Origin: an uncultured Acidobacteriota bacterium
GTDB lineage: Bacteria > Acidobacteriota > UBA6911
DNA length: 64,000 nucleotides
Direction: 5' to 3'
NCBI GenBank assembly: GCA_963809485.1
Contig: CAWEJX010000015.1
Coordinates: 160,001 to 224,000, forward strand
Below the pieces are notes generated by a model. It searched no databases. It saw only the letters and a program-made list of their open reading frames with translations, and was not told the origin of the DNA. Positions 1 to 10,604 of this stretch are shown here, piece by piece. The stretch's first letter is position 1. Each line of letters opens with the position of its first letter. The position numbers and the translations under genes are program-made.

Positions 1-2
1 TA

Positions 3-659
3 CAGAAGAAGGTCATCGCTCTAAGCATCGCCGTGGGCCCCGTTATTTGCCTGCTGTTCCCATTTTATCTGGCAGACAGCCAGGCTCTGGCAAGACAGCT
101 CTTCGGGTATGGCGGAGTTGCGGATCATGGTTGGCTTGTGGTTGCGAAAGCAATGGCTGCCTTAATTAAGCCTTCCTTCATCCCGGCTCTCTTGCCGTTT
201 GGCACGATTTTGGGATTGGCTGCATTCGGCGCGTGCCTGACAATTGCGGGCATCAAGATGTCACAGCTGGTCAGATCGGGTCATGATTTGAACCTTTATG
301 ATGCTTCCGCATTGGTTTTTACAGCCTTTTTCGCATTCTATCCAGGCATAAGCAGCCAATATTTCATCTGGCTGCTCCCCTGGCTGATTATGCGGGACAG
401 GGAATCAGCAGCAGTTTACACGGTTTTATCATCCCTTGCGCTGGCAGCCTTCTATGCTTATATATGGCCCGATATTCTATACGGCCCCTTCGATCATATA
501 GTGGCAGCCCCTTCGTTGCTGGTTGTCCTCTATTTGGGATTCACGCTCTTGTGGTGGCTATTCTGCTTCACACGCTTGCCTTCAATATTTATAAAAGCAA
601 CCAGGGTCTCCCTTCGAGATTCCCGTCCCGATAGCAATCCTGTCCATGAAGAGGCGTGA
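3..659 (+). CDS. 5'-truncated polytopic membrane protein, GT-C-like (GT87/PIG-M-like) glycosyltransferase C-terminus
   Basis: Frame is open back to the window start. Multiple TM segments and an 'SSQYFIWLLPW' motif typical of GT-C C-termini. Confidence 0.55.
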   Translation, partial: QKKVIALSIAVGPVICLLFPFYLADSQALARQLFGYGGVADHGWLVVAKAMAALIKPSFIPALLPFGTILGLAAFGACLTIAGIKMSQLVRSGHDLNLYDASALVFTAFFAFYPGISSQYFIWLLPWLIMRDRESAAVYTVLSSLALAAFYAYIWPDILYGPFDHIVAAPSLLVVLYLGFTLLWWLFCFTRLPSIFIKATRVSLRDSRPDSNPVHEEA

Positions 660-769
660 TGTCCTGTGGCTGTCGCCAATGCCCGGTAATTCCACTTTAG
701 AAAATCGGAGTCCGGCGCACGTGCAAGTCCGGCGCGGCAGGTGTATTATCGGCATGGAGTGATGCCGCA

Positions 770-2860
770 ATGCCGGAGACCGATTACGAAGAGACATTCC
801 ATCAACCTCAAACCAAAATTCCCCGTGGCAGGCAGCAGCATAAAATTTCAACGTGGATATTGCTGATTGCCGCGATAACACTTTTAGCCCTGGCCATGCC
901 CGCCCTGCTGGGCCGCGTGTACACAGCCGACGACCTGGGAGAATTCCATCTGCCAATCCGGGACTTCTACGCTCGACAACTGGCCGCAGGCGCACCCTTC
1001 GAGTGGATGCCGGACCTTTATGGCGGATTTTACATTGCAGCCGAAGGCCAGTTAGGGGCCTATCATCCGTTCCACTGGATCCTGTATCGTGCCCTGCCGC
1101 TTCCGATGGCATTTAACCTGGAATTATTGGCCAGCTATCCGATCCTGTTCTGGGGGACCTGGTTGCTGTTGCGCCGTTTAACAGGCAGTAATCCGGCAGG
1201 CCTTTATGGGGCACTCGTTTTCACCTTCGGCAGTTTCATGCTGCTTCACTTCATACACACCAATGCCATCGCGGTCATTGCGCATCTGCCCTGGCTTTTG
1301 CTGATGTTGGATATCGCTCTGGGAACCGAGGTACGCTGGAGACAGGCGACAGCCGAAATGGCTCTTGGCTTATTGGTTGCCTCGCAGTTGCTTCTAGGTT
1401 ATCCCCAGTGCGTATGGTTTACGGCATTGGCCGCGGCCGGCTTGATGGTCTGGCGCTATTCACAGATCAACAAGCCGCTGCATCGCATTGCATCCATATT
1501 GGCAGCCGCTTGCCTTGGCATCGCAACAGGGGCTATCCAATGGCTGGCCACGCTGCAGCTGCTCAACAATTCCACCCGCCAAACAGTCGATGAAGCCTTT
1601 ATCAACACAGGGTCATTGCATCCTCTGAATCTGGTGCAGCTGGTAGCGCCTTACCTTTTTAAGGCGCGGGTCGCAGGGCAAAACACGCATGAATTGGGCA
1701 TATATATGGGCGCCGTACCGCTGGTTCTTTGCATATGGCTGCTGGCCCATCGAAAGCTGTGGGCAGAAAAGCGGAAACTTATTAGAGCCCTGCTCGTTTT
1801 CGGAGCCTTTTCTCTGCTGCTGGCGGCCGGCGAATATGGGGGGTTATACCGCCTGCAGTCATTCATTCCGGTAATTGACCGCTTTCGGTTTCCCTGCCGG
1901 GCTATCGTTCTCGTTCAATTTTGTGCTGCCGGCTGCGCGGGCCTGGCGTTTGCCCTTCTCATGGAACATCCGGGAGTTTTCCAATCGAGCAGGCGATCCC
2001 GCGCCCTGCCGCTTGTGCTCGTCGTTTCCATTGCGTTAGCCCTCATCGGGCCCATCATTCTTCCGAATTATGTTTCAAGACCGCTCTTGGTATGGCTGGG
2101 TCCTGCTCTAATAGCCTCGGCGATTATTCTGGTTTCCCGGGCGGCTCGAGGTTCGCAAGCCGCCTTGTGGGGCCTCGTGCTATTTACGGCCGTGGATCTA
2201 GCCACCTACGGATTAAGCTATTCGGTTTGGCACAAGACCTCCAAACTTGCCGGTTACGTCGCGGCAGCGCCGCGGCCGCCAACAGGCATTAAGGCAAGGG
2301 TCGTCGCGCCCTCAGGAAAGGCCGGGCAGAGCATCGGCAATCATATGTTGTTGGCCGGCTTGACCCGAGTTGACGGCTATGCCGGCCTGCAGCCCACCCG
2401 GCAGCTCGACTATTCTCAAGAGTCTACATGGCGACTGGCCGGGGTCCAGTGGGCCTATCTGCCCGATGGCAAAACCGGCCGGCACAAATGGCATGAAATT
2501 TCTCCGTCAGCTCCGAGAGCACAGTTGCTCGATTCCGACGATGCGGACACTGTTGTCCTCCGCGACTCTCCAGGAAATATTGAAATCGCTGTGCGCACCG
2601 GCACTCAGGCTATGCTGGCCACTACCGAATGCTACGATCCGGGCTGGCATGTTACGGTCGATGGGAGGGACGGAGAAGTTTCACGCGTTGAGAACGATTT
2701 TCTGGGCTGCGCGGTTGCAGCCGGAAGGCACATCGTACAATTCAAATTCCGGCCGCGATGCCGGGAATCCGGGAGCCTTATCTCTTCCGTCAGCCTCGGA
2801 TTGCTGGCTTTGTTTTTTGGCTTGCGATTAAATGCCTTAAAGCGCCAGATGCCGGATTAA
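770..2860 (+). CDS. YfhO-family membrane protein (GT-C glycosyltransferase)
   Basis: N-terminal 'DDLGEFHLP...WMPDLYGGF...EGQLGAYHPF', many TMs, 'RFRFPCR', and C-terminal 'ECYDPGWHVTVDG...G.H.V.F.F.P' as in YfhO proteins. Confidence 0.8.
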   Translation: MPETDYEETFHQPQTKIPRGRQQHKISTWILLIAAITLLALAMPALLGRVYTADDLGEFHLPIRDFYARQLAAGAPFEWMPDLYGGFYIAAEGQLGAYHPFHWILYRALPLPMAFNLELLASYPILFWGTWLLLRRLTGSNPAGLYGALVFTFGSFMLLHFIHTNAIAVIAHLPWLLLMLDIALGTEVRWRQATAEMALGLLVASQLLLGYPQCVWFTALAAAGLMVWRYSQINKPLHRIASILAAACLGIATGAIQWLATLQLLNNSTRQTVDEAFINTGSLHPLNLVQLVAPYLFKARVAGQNTHELGIYMGAVPLVLCIWLLAHRKLWAEKRKLIRALLVFGAFSLLLAAGEYGGLYRLQSFIPVIDRFRFPCRAIVLVQFCAAGCAGLAFALLMEHPGVFQSSRRSRALPLVLVVSIALALIGPIILPNYVSRPLLVWLGPALIASAIILVSRAARGSQAALWGLVLFTAVDLATYGLSYSVWHKTSKLAGYVAAAPRPPTGIKARVVAPSGKAGQSIGNHMLLAGLTRVDGYAGLQPTRQLDYSQESTWRLAGVQWAYLPDGKTGRHKWHEISPSAPRAQLLDSDDADTVVLRDSPGNIEIAVRTGTQAMLATTECYDPGWHVTVDGRDGEVSRVENDFLGCAVAAGRHIVQFKFRPRCRESGSLISSVSLGLLALFFGLRLNALKRQMPD

Positions 2861-2964
2861 CCGGCCACCTGCGATCCGATGGTTGAAGGGACATGCCAGG
2901 ATTGGCAGGCGCGGCAAGAATTCTGTGTGATACACAGACTATGCGCATCCAGTCTATCAAATCA

Positions 2965-4533
2965 TCATGGTTCGGATCCCTTTTCGAAAAGAATGGAAAG
3001 GCTGTCCTCATAACATGGCAGCCAGCGGCCTGAGCTCCGCGCGGCTTCAATGAGCCTTTTTGAATCCTGATCGTTTTTGTCTTTGGGCAACAAAAGGTAT
3101 CGAATTCCGTATTTTTGCAGAAGCTTTTCCCACGCGGAATCCTGAAAAATCCTAAAATATGACTTCACAAATGCTTCATCGAAAAGATGCACCCTGCCGT
3201 CAAAAAAGGAGCGCTGCCTGGGCCAGAGCCTCCAGATAAGATAATCCCCATACACCTGAGGATGAAAAATATTACCCTGCAAATTATTCCGATCAATAAA
3301 ATCCATGGCTTTGATCGGCGTGGCGGCTTCCTGAAGCGTGTCCTTACGCAACCATATGCGCATCCAGGGAGACTGTAAAACCAAAACAAGAACCATCGCA
3401 ATCAGAATGCCCCTATTTAAAAATGGCACCTCTCCTTTCTTGCGTACTTCCCGAGTGCGGTGCGCTGCTGTGCTAATGAATCTATCCAGATGCACAACAG
3501 ACCAGTCGATTTTTGTCAAATAACCGGCAATCATAGGCGCCGACACAATCTGGAACCAGACGCAGTTGCGCAGCGAAGCCATGGCGTAAGCGCCGAACGC
3601 CAGGTAAATCGCGATTTCAGCAAAAGCCGGCCTCCGGCTTGAACTGATAAGCAAAAAGGTCAGAAGGAAAAAGGGGAGGTAGAACATAATGAAACCATCG
3701 CTTGAATTCACTGCGGGAGGCTGCCATTCGCTGACGTATTTTTGAACAGAAGAGGCATTTAGGATTGTCCGGACATAATCATATACGCGGAAAAATTCCG
3801 GATTTGCCAGGGTAGCCATGAGGCAGAGAACGAAAACCAAGCCGAGCGTCTTTAATCGTCGAATGCCTGCCGCATCATGGTTTCTTCCGGCCAAAACCTC
3901 TATCGATTCGCAGGCCAGGAAAATGAGGATCAGAACCAGGCCTATTATGAAAGCTCCATGAAGGTTCACCCACAAAATCATCAAAAATGGCAGGGCATAT
4001 ATTGCGCCGTTCGGTCTCGATCGATGGGACCAAAGAATCCAATAGAAAAATGAGAAAAGCAGACTGGAGAATACCTGGGGCCGAAGATTCCATGGGAAGC
4101 AAAAACCGACAAGTAGAAGAGAGACGACCGACGGCCATACCAGCTCCGTCGCTTTTCTGCAAAGGAAGGCCAGCGGCAGCAGGATCAGAAAAAGCAATAC
4201 ACCATTGCAAAAACCCACCAGCGCAAAGCCGCCCACCTTATAGATCCAATAAAACAGAACGTCGGCAAGCCAGCTCTGATCGACAAATGCTTCGCCGGCC
4301 GCGGTGAAAGAGAAAATATCGGTTCGCGGGATGGAACGAGTTTCGAATATGACCTGGCCCAATTTGAGATGCCAATAAAAATCCAACAGGCCGAGCGGAG
4401 CAAGAAACCCTCTCACGGCGGCGAAAAAGAGGGGAATGGCAAACCAAAGATGCCGCAGGGTCGGTGCGGGCCAATGCAGTTTTTGAATAAGGCCATTGCT
4501 CGGTACGCTTGATTTACTCATCGTCGCTTCCAT
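2965..4533 (-). CDS. Polytopic membrane protein, probable GT-C glycosyltransferase
   Basis: 'DFYWHLKLG...IPRTDIFSFTAAG', 'LRPQVFS', 'LWVNLHG', 'SEWQP', and a C-terminal soluble domain 'YGDYLIW...FFDGR'. Confidence 0.65.
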   Translation of the reverse strand: MEATMSKSSVPSNGLIQKLHWPAPTLRHLWFAIPLFFAAVRGFLAPLGLLDFYWHLKLGQVIFETRSIPRTDIFSFTAAGEAFVDQSWLADVLFYWIYKVGGFALVGFCNGVLLFLILLPLAFLCRKATELVWPSVVSLLLVGFCFPWNLRPQVFSSLLFSFFYWILWSHRSRPNGAIYALPFLMILWVNLHGAFIIGLVLILIFLACESIEVLAGRNHDAAGIRRLKTLGLVFVLCLMATLANPEFFRVYDYVRTILNASSVQKYVSEWQPPAVNSSDGFIMFYLPFFLLTFLLISSSRRPAFAEIAIYLAFGAYAMASLRNCVWFQIVSAPMIAGYLTKIDWSVVHLDRFISTAAHRTREVRKKGEVPFLNRGILIAMVLVLVLQSPWMRIWLRKDTLQEAATPIKAMDFIDRNNLQGNIFHPQVYGDYLIWRLWPRQRSFFDGRVHLFDEAFVKSYFRIFQDSAWEKLLQKYGIRYLLLPKDKNDQDSKRLIEAARSSGRWLPCYEDSLSILFEKGSEP

Positions 4534-4967
4534 AATTCTTACTCATCGAGCAATGGCTTCCCTTTATTATCATTTTGACCGTTACCATAGAAAAAACGTG
4601 AATGGATTTCAATATCCATCTTCGTTCGGCTTTAGAAATCTGCCGTTATCGGGGCTTACGCAGGAGCGGATCCGGACCGCAAGGCCGCAAATGCATCATC
4701 GTAATTAGGGATAAAGTAATGCAGATCACAAGTCGATGAGAGTTCTCAGCGGAGGGTGCCGTGGGCCGGGAATTGGCTGCAGGATATCCGGAAAAAAGGA
4801 GTCATTCAAAAAAGTGCTTTTTGCAATTGTTGACTTTTTGATGACAATTCGACTCCGGCCTATCCGGATAATTTAGCGGTAGGTCCAATTTGGGCGCGAT
4901 CCCCAACCCAAGGGAAGAAACAAATGCAGTCGACAATATTGGCAAAAGGAATTTTTAAAAAAGGAGA

Positions 4968-5180
4968 ATGCATAAAATGTTGAAACTTTACACCTGGTTC
5001 AAAACGACCGCCGACGATTTAAAGCAGAAGCTCAACCAAGAGGAAGGTCAGACGATCATCGAATATGCGCTGATTATCGTCCTGATTGTACTTGTTGCAT
5101 TGGCTACTGCCCCGACCATCGGCGCAGCAATAGCAAATGTCTTCTCGCGGGTGATTGCCAGCTTGACAACCGGAAGCTAG
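4968..5180 (+). CDS. flp: Flp family type IVc major pilin
   Basis: AAGGAG RBS; 'EEG/QTIIEY' class III cleavage site with E+5/Y+6, then a hydrophobic helix; 70 aa. Confidence 0.95.
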   Translation: MHKMLKLYTWFKTTADDLKQKLNQEEGQTIIEYALIIVLIVLVALATAPTIGAAIANVFSRVIASLTTGS

Positions 5181-5224
5181 TTGCTTGCGCCATGGAACCG
5201 GCGCAATGGATATTTTTAACCTGG

Positions 5225-5270
5225 CATTGCAGCCGGAATCGATGATTGGATATCGATTCCGACTGCAATG
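5225..5270 (+). terminator. Long stem-loop after flp (terminator or mRNA-stability hairpin)
   Basis: cattgcagccggaatcgat-N8-atcgattccgactgcaatg near-perfect inverted repeat; no clear U-tract. Confidence 0.5.
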
Positions 5271-5439
5271 TAATTATCGCAGGCAGGTGAGATCCTTTTG
5301 ACATTGTCAGTAGTTGGTTAACACCTATTTCTGTTCAAACAAAAGGCCTACAATCCGCAATGTCCGCTTTTTGGAGCCATATCTTTATTAATGACAGCAA
5401 AGCGCCGCTAAAGTCAGCCAGGCGCGCGGGAGTAATAGC

Positions 5440-6414
5440 ATGAAAAAACGCATGCTGATCCTGGGTTTATTGGCACTGGTTCTCAGTGTTGGGATCACCT
5501 ATTTGGCATATCGCCTGCTGCAAACCCGCCTTCAGCCGGCACAGCTAACTACCCAAATCGTTGTCGCCGCCAAAAAACTCGGCCTCGGAGTCCGCCTCAC
5601 CAAGGAAGATGTAAAGCTTGCGGAATGGCCGAAATCAGCCCCGCTTGAAGGCAATTTCACGGATATCAATGGTGTTGTGGACCGTGCTTTGATGGTGCCC
5701 ACGCAGGTCAACGAGCCGATTCTGGATTCCAAGCTGGCACCCAAGGAAGCCGGCGCAGGACTGATGGCGCTGATACCCGAAGGGATGCGCGCGTTATCCA
5801 TCCAGGTGGACAGTGTCATTGGAGTGTCTGGATTTATCATGCCCGGCTCCCGGGTAGATTTGATCCTGACAGCTATTCCGCCAAAAGATGTCAAGGGCGC
5901 CAAGGGCGAAGAGCAGGCATCCAAGATTATTCTGGAGAACCTGGAGGTTCTTGCCGCCGGGCAGAATGTTCAGGGCAGCGCCGAGGGAAAACCTCAGACA
6001 GTACAGAACGTCACCCTTCTGGTGACGCCGGACCAGGCACAAAGGGTAGCACTCGCCTCACGCGATGGAAGAATTCAGCTTGCCTTGCGCAACCCGATCG
6101 ACAAGGAAGCTGCCGAGCCGCTGCTGGTGGTGCAAAGCACTCTTTACGCAGGCCCAACAATGGATGATCCCAAAAAGCCTAAGGAAGCCAAACCGGCTGT
6201 GGCTGAAAAGCAGGCAATAGCCAGAAAGGCTCCACCAAAAGTACAAACGGCACCTGCCCCAAAGCAGGTTGCGGCGCCTCCTCCCCCGCCCCCTCCTCAG
6301 CCGCGGATTCTTGCTATCGAGCTGATACAGGGTTCAAAACGGGCTACGCAGAATTTTGAGGAAACCAATCCTGAACAAACCGAAACGCCTACGCAGACAG
6401 GACAACAACAATGA
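5440..6414 (+). CDS. cpaB: Flp pilus assembly protein CpaB/RcpC
   Basis: N-terminal TM, SAF domain, 'IPEGMRALSI...GFIMPGSRVD', 'VTLLVTPDQAQ...LALRN', Pro-rich tail. Confidence 0.95.
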   Translation: MKKRMLILGLLALVLSVGITYLAYRLLQTRLQPAQLTTQIVVAAKKLGLGVRLTKEDVKLAEWPKSAPLEGNFTDINGVVDRALMVPTQVNEPILDSKLAPKEAGAGLMALIPEGMRALSIQVDSVIGVSGFIMPGSRVDLILTAIPPKDVKGAKGEEQASKIILENLEVLAAGQNVQGSAEGKPQTVQNVTLLVTPDQAQRVALASRDGRIQLALRNPIDKEAAEPLLVVQSTLYAGPTMDDPKKPKEAKPAVAEKQAIARKAPPKVQTAPAPKQVAAPPPPPPPQPRILAIELIQGSKRATQNFEETNPEQTETPTQTGQQQ

Positions 6415-7838
6415 AGAGCAAAGCAGCTTTGGTTATGCAGATCCTGATGCTGTTTTTCCTATCGGTTGCGATTACGGCATCGAAGAGTGAAGCCGTTGGG
6501 GGATCTCCCGTTTCGCAGGATCAGGATCAACAGACGATGCTTTCATCCTCGAGCCCGCAGGAATTGCTGCGCGTTTTTGAAGGCAAATCCTTTGTGCTCA
6601 ATGCCGCCGAAACCTTCAAGCGGGTGTCGGTAACAAATGATCAGATTGCGACTGCCATGGTTGTGACACCTAATCAGGTTTTGATACATGGCAACAAGCC
6701 GGGAACCGTGTCTCTCCTGCTTTGGAACGAGCGCGAAGAGGTCCAGGCTTTTGATCTTCAGGTCCTGGCGGTTCCAATGAACCTGGAGCCGCTGCGCTCT
6801 ACCTTAAAAACGACCTGGCCGGATCAAGACATAGTGGCAAGCCAATCGGGATCTTCCGTCATGCTCACTGGAACCGTCTCAACCCCGGAAATTGCGGAAC
6901 AGGCCCTTGCAGTCGCCAAGACTGAGGCGGGAAATGTCGTGAGCCTGCTGACTATACCACCGATGAAACAGGTGGTTATGCTGGAAGTGAAATTCGCGGA
7001 AGTGCAGCGCAATGCGGTACGCCAGCTTGGAATGAATATCTTCAGTACAGGCGCCCTGAATACGCCCGGAGTTATCTCTACCCAGCAATTCAGCCCGCCA
7101 TCAGCCACTGATGTTTCATCGTCCATCGGAGGTCGACTTCTTGGATTCGGAACCGAATTCAACTTGACGGACCTGCTCAACATCTTTGTTTTCAGGCCCG
7201 ATCTGAATTTTGGGCTCATGATCAAGGCTCTGAAGCAAAAAAATCTGTTGGAAATGCTTGCAGAACCTAATCTTATGGCCTTGGGAGGCAAGGAAGCATC
7301 CTTCCTTGCCGGCGGCGAGTTTCCGGTGCCAATTATCCAGGGAACCACAGGCACCCCGACCGTCTCGGTTCAGTTCAAGGAATTCGGCGTAAGGCTCAAA
7401 TTCCTGGCCAACCCAAACCCCGATGGGACGATAAACTTGCATGTAGCGCCCGAGGTCAGCGCGCTTGATTATACCAATGCCGTTACACTCAGCGGCTTCT
7501 TGATTCCGGCTTTGCAGACTCGCAGAGCCGAAACCGACATCCAATTAAAGGACGGGCAGAGCTTCGCAATCGCCGGCCTTCTCGACAATCGTGTCATGAG
7601 GATTGACAGCAAAATTCCCTGGTTGGGAGACTTACCCATACTGGGAAATCTCTTCCGCAGCCAGAACTATCAGAAGTCCAATACGGAGCTGCTTGTCATG
7701 ATCACGCCCCGTGTTGTAAAGCCCCTGGATCCTGGGCAGAAGGCCCCGATGCCCTCCTTCCCCGAGCCTTTCCTGGATCAAAAGGAATTCGATGGAAAAA
7801 CGGGGCAGAGTACTGCATCGCCGAAATCAAACGGATAA
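6411..7838 (+). CDS. cpaC: Tad secretin CpaC/RcpA
   Basis: Signal peptide, N-terminal pilus-formation domain, BON-like segment, secretin motifs 'LAEPNL', 'FLAGGEFPVP', 'KIPWLGDLPILGNLFRS'. Confidence 0.95.
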   Translation: MKSKAALVMQILMLFFLSVAITASKSEAVGGSPVSQDQDQQTMLSSSSPQELLRVFEGKSFVLNAAETFKRVSVTNDQIATAMVVTPNQVLIHGNKPGTVSLLLWNEREEVQAFDLQVLAVPMNLEPLRSTLKTTWPDQDIVASQSGSSVMLTGTVSTPEIAEQALAVAKTEAGNVVSLLTIPPMKQVVMLEVKFAEVQRNAVRQLGMNIFSTGALNTPGVISTQQFSPPSATDVSSSIGGRLLGFGTEFNLTDLLNIFVFRPDLNFGLMIKALKQKNLLEMLAEPNLMALGGKEASFLAGGEFPVPIIQGTTGTPTVSVQFKEFGVRLKFLANPNPDGTINLHVAPEVSALDYTNAVTLSGFLIPALQTRRAETDIQLKDGQSFAIAGLLDNRVMRIDSKIPWLGDLPILGNLFRSQNYQKSNTELLVMITPRVVKPLDPGQKAPMPSFPEPFLDQKEFDGKTGQSTASPKSNG

Positions 7839-7966
7839 CATTGGGGGAGAGTTTTGAAGCGATGGCCGTCCAGCTCATGTGTTCTTACTTTATTAATGAT
7901 GGCTCCAGGCATAAAATGTAAGCCTAGCGCTTTAACTCTTGATAGGTAGTAGCCAAGGAAAACAAA

Positions 7967-9139
7967 ATGACAACGCAAAAGCTTTCTGTCGGAATTCTGG
8001 CGCCTCTTGCAGATGTTCGAGATGCATTGTCCGCCCATGTGGAAGCCACGCAATTCGGCATCGTCAAAATCGTCTCAGACGAGTATTGTGCGGTTGAAGA
8101 CGACTATCCCACTCAACGATTTATTGAAGCTCGTCCGGACATAGTCCTGGTGGACATGCACGATCAGCGGGCAGCCATAAAGGCTCTTTTCACCCTGCAC
8201 GCTGTCCTTCCAGAGACCTGGCTTTACGCCTGCGGGGCCCCGAACGATCCCCAACTCATCATCGAAACCATGCAGGCCGGGGCTCGCGAATTCGTGCTTA
8301 AACCGGTATCGGCACGCAGCATCGCATTGGCTTTCGGAAGATACATAGACGAAAGAGACCGAATGCGAACCATCGCCAAAACCCGGGGCAGGATTTACAG
8401 TGTAACGTCCGCCAAGGGCGGAGCCGGCGCCACATCCGTGGCTATCAACATAGCTACCGTCCTGTCAGCAACCAAGGATACGCGGGTAGCGCTTCTTGAC
8501 CTGAACAGCCCCGTCGGCGACGCTGCCTCCTACCTGAATCTTAAGCCGCAATTTTGTTTCACCGATGCATTGGCATCCGCGACAAGATTGGATTCCGTAC
8601 TGCTTGAGACTTTTATGACCAAGTCGGGAAACTTGTCCATCCTGCCCGGTCCGAAACAAGCCAGGTCCAGCGCAATGTCCGGTTCCACAATGGCTAAGCT
8701 GCTTCGGGTAGTCGCCGGGTCCTATACGCACGTATTGCTGGATCTCCCGTCGTCGATGGATCAGGAGATTTTGCAGGTTGCGACCGATGCAAGCGAAGCA
8801 ATTTTGCTGGTTATGACGCCCGAACTGCCGGCTGTATGGCGAACTCACCGGCTTGTGACTATGTTGGCAAGTTCCGGGTGCGGGGATCGTCTGCGCCTTA
8901 TACTCAACCGGGACAACAGCCGGGATGAGATCACGGAAAAGGAGATCACACGAGCCCTCAACTACCCGATCTTTTTCCGGTTGCCGAACAATTACTCTGC
9001 AGCTATCCAGGCGATCAACAAGGGAAAACCTATCGTGGATGTCAATCATTCAAGCCTGGCTGCCAGCTATCGCAGACTCGCACAGGCACTCACCGGAGTC
9101 GCACCGGCTAATCCACGGCGCGGTTTCCGGTTTTTTTAG
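7967..9139 (+). CDS. cpaE: CpaE/TadZ (atypical receiver plus MinD/ParA-like ATPase)
   Basis: 'MQAGAREF' receiver remnant and deviant Walker A 'AKGGAGAT'. Confidence 0.92.
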   Translation: MTTQKLSVGILAPLADVRDALSAHVEATQFGIVKIVSDEYCAVEDDYPTQRFIEARPDIVLVDMHDQRAAIKALFTLHAVLPETWLYACGAPNDPQLIIETMQAGAREFVLKPVSARSIALAFGRYIDERDRMRTIAKTRGRIYSVTSAKGGAGATSVAINIATVLSATKDTRVALLDLNSPVGDAASYLNLKPQFCFTDALASATRLDSVLLETFMTKSGNLSILPGPKQARSSAMSGSTMAKLLRVVAGSYTHVLLDLPSSMDQEILQVATDASEAILLVMTPELPAVWRTHRLVTMLASSGCGDRLRLILNRDNSRDEITEKEITRALNYPIFFRLPNNYSAAIQAINKGKPIVDVNHSSLAASYRRLAQALTGVAPANPRRGFRFF

Positions 9140-9150
9140 AGGTAACTTGA

Positions 9151-10440
9151 ATGCAAGATCAGGAATATCTGGACCTTAAAGCAAGCCTTCATTCCAAAGT
9201 CATTAACGAAATCGATCTCGAGAGCCTGAACAGGCTGCCCGAAAATACGGCCCGGGAACAATTAAGGAAGGTCATCCTGGATGTGCTCCAGAGGGAGAAA
9301 ACTCCCCTGACCATGACCGAACGAGAGCAGATTGTGGGCGAAATTCTCGACGAGGTCTTCGGCCTGGGTCCTATGCAGCAACTGCTGGCGGATCCGACTC
9401 TTTCGGATATCCTGGTTAATGGAGCCTATGACGTCTACGTCGAGCGCCGCGGAAAGCTTGAACGCGCCAACGTGCGTTTCAATGACAACGATCATTTAAT
9501 GAGAATCATCGACCGGATTGTCTCGCGCGTGGGCAGACGCATCGATGAATCCTCGCCCATGGTCGATGCGCGTCTGCGGGATGGATCGCGTGTTAATGTA
9601 ATCATTCCGCCCCTGTCCCTGGACGGACCTATACTATCTATCCGGCGGTTCGGCACCGATCCTCTGACAGCCTCCGACCTGCTTGATAACGAGACCCTGA
9701 CGCCGGAAATGCTGGAACTCCTGAAAGCGTCGGTTCAGGGCAAATTGAATGCAATAATTTCCGGTGGCACCGGCGCCGGGAAAACCACTTTGCTGAATGT
9801 CTTGTCAAGCTATATCCCCAGCAGCGAACGTATCATAACAATAGAGGACGCAGCCGAGCTCCAACTCAAACAGGATCACGTCGTGCGACTGGAAACCCGG
9901 CCGCCCAATATCGAGGGTAAAGGCGCGATCAAACAGCGGCAACTCGTAATCAATGCCCTCCGTATGCGGCCCGACCGAATCGTCGTCGGCGAGGTTCGCG
10001 GCGAGGAGGCCATTGACATGCTTCAGGCCATGAATACAGGCCATGAAGGCTCGCTCACTACTGTTCACGCAAATTCCCCCCGGGATGCCCTAAGCCGAGT
10101 CGAAACCATGGTTTCGATGGCCAACCTAAACCTCCCGGAAAAGGCTGCGCGTCAACAGCTGGCCTCTGCCATCCATATGATCGTTCAGGTCACGCGTATG
10201 ACGGATGGCACACGCAAGATCACCAATATCTCGGAAATCACTGGGATGGAAGGCCCGATGATTACGATGCAGGACCTTTTTGTTTTTGAGCGCCAGGGCT
10301 TTGAAGAAAACGGCCGCGTTCGAGGCAGATTCAAGCCCACCGGCATTCGGCCCAAGTTTACCGAAAAGCTATTTGCCGCGGGCATCCGGCTTCCCATGGA
10401 TATGTTTTCGGTGGAACCGACCCTGGCCCGAGCTCGCTAG
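9151..10440 (+). CDS. cpaF: Tad pilus ATPase CpaF/TadA
   Basis: 'GGTGAGKTT', '[15 protein letters not shown]', '[16 protein letters not shown]'. Confidence 0.97.
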   Translation: MQDQEYLDLKASLHSKVINEIDLESLNRLPENTAREQLRKVILDVLQREKTPLTMTEREQIVGEILDEVFGLGPMQQLLADPTLSDILVNGAYDVYVERRGKLERANVRFNDNDHLMRIIDRIVSRVGRRIDESSPMVDARLRDGSRVNVIIPPLSLDGPILSIRRFGTDPLTASDLLDNETLTPEMLELLKASVQGKLNAIISGGTGAGKTTLLNVLSSYIPSSERIITIEDAAELQLKQDHVVRLETRPPNIEGKGAIKQRQLVINALRMRPDRIVVGEVRGEEAIDMLQAMNTGHEGSLTTVHANSPRDALSRVETMVSMANLNLPEKAARQQLASAIHMIVQVTRMTDGTRKITNISEITGMEGPMITMQDLFVFERQGFEENGRVRGRFKPTGIRPKFTEKLFAAGIRLPMDMFSVEPTLARAR

Positions 10441-10604
10441 TACAATAGACTCAAAGGCGAAAGCTTCGGGATTCAAGTTCGAGCTCTTTCCTGAAGCTGT
10501 GGTTTTTGCATTTAGGACGGAAGTCAGAAAATGGCAGGATGTCACATATTGGGACAACAAGATATGGGTTTTAGAGCCGACGCACTCAAAACATCCGGGC
10601 AGGT

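Noticed and set aside
4760-4780. Sigma-54 promoter for flp
   Set aside because: GG-N10-GC spacing is present but flanking bases match the consensus poorly.
4845-4900. c-di-GMP-I riboswitch upstream of flp (ctccggccta...cggtagg)
   Set aside because: Only a short resemblance; the GNRA-capped P2 and flanking conserved elements are not evident. An Rfam scan would settle it.
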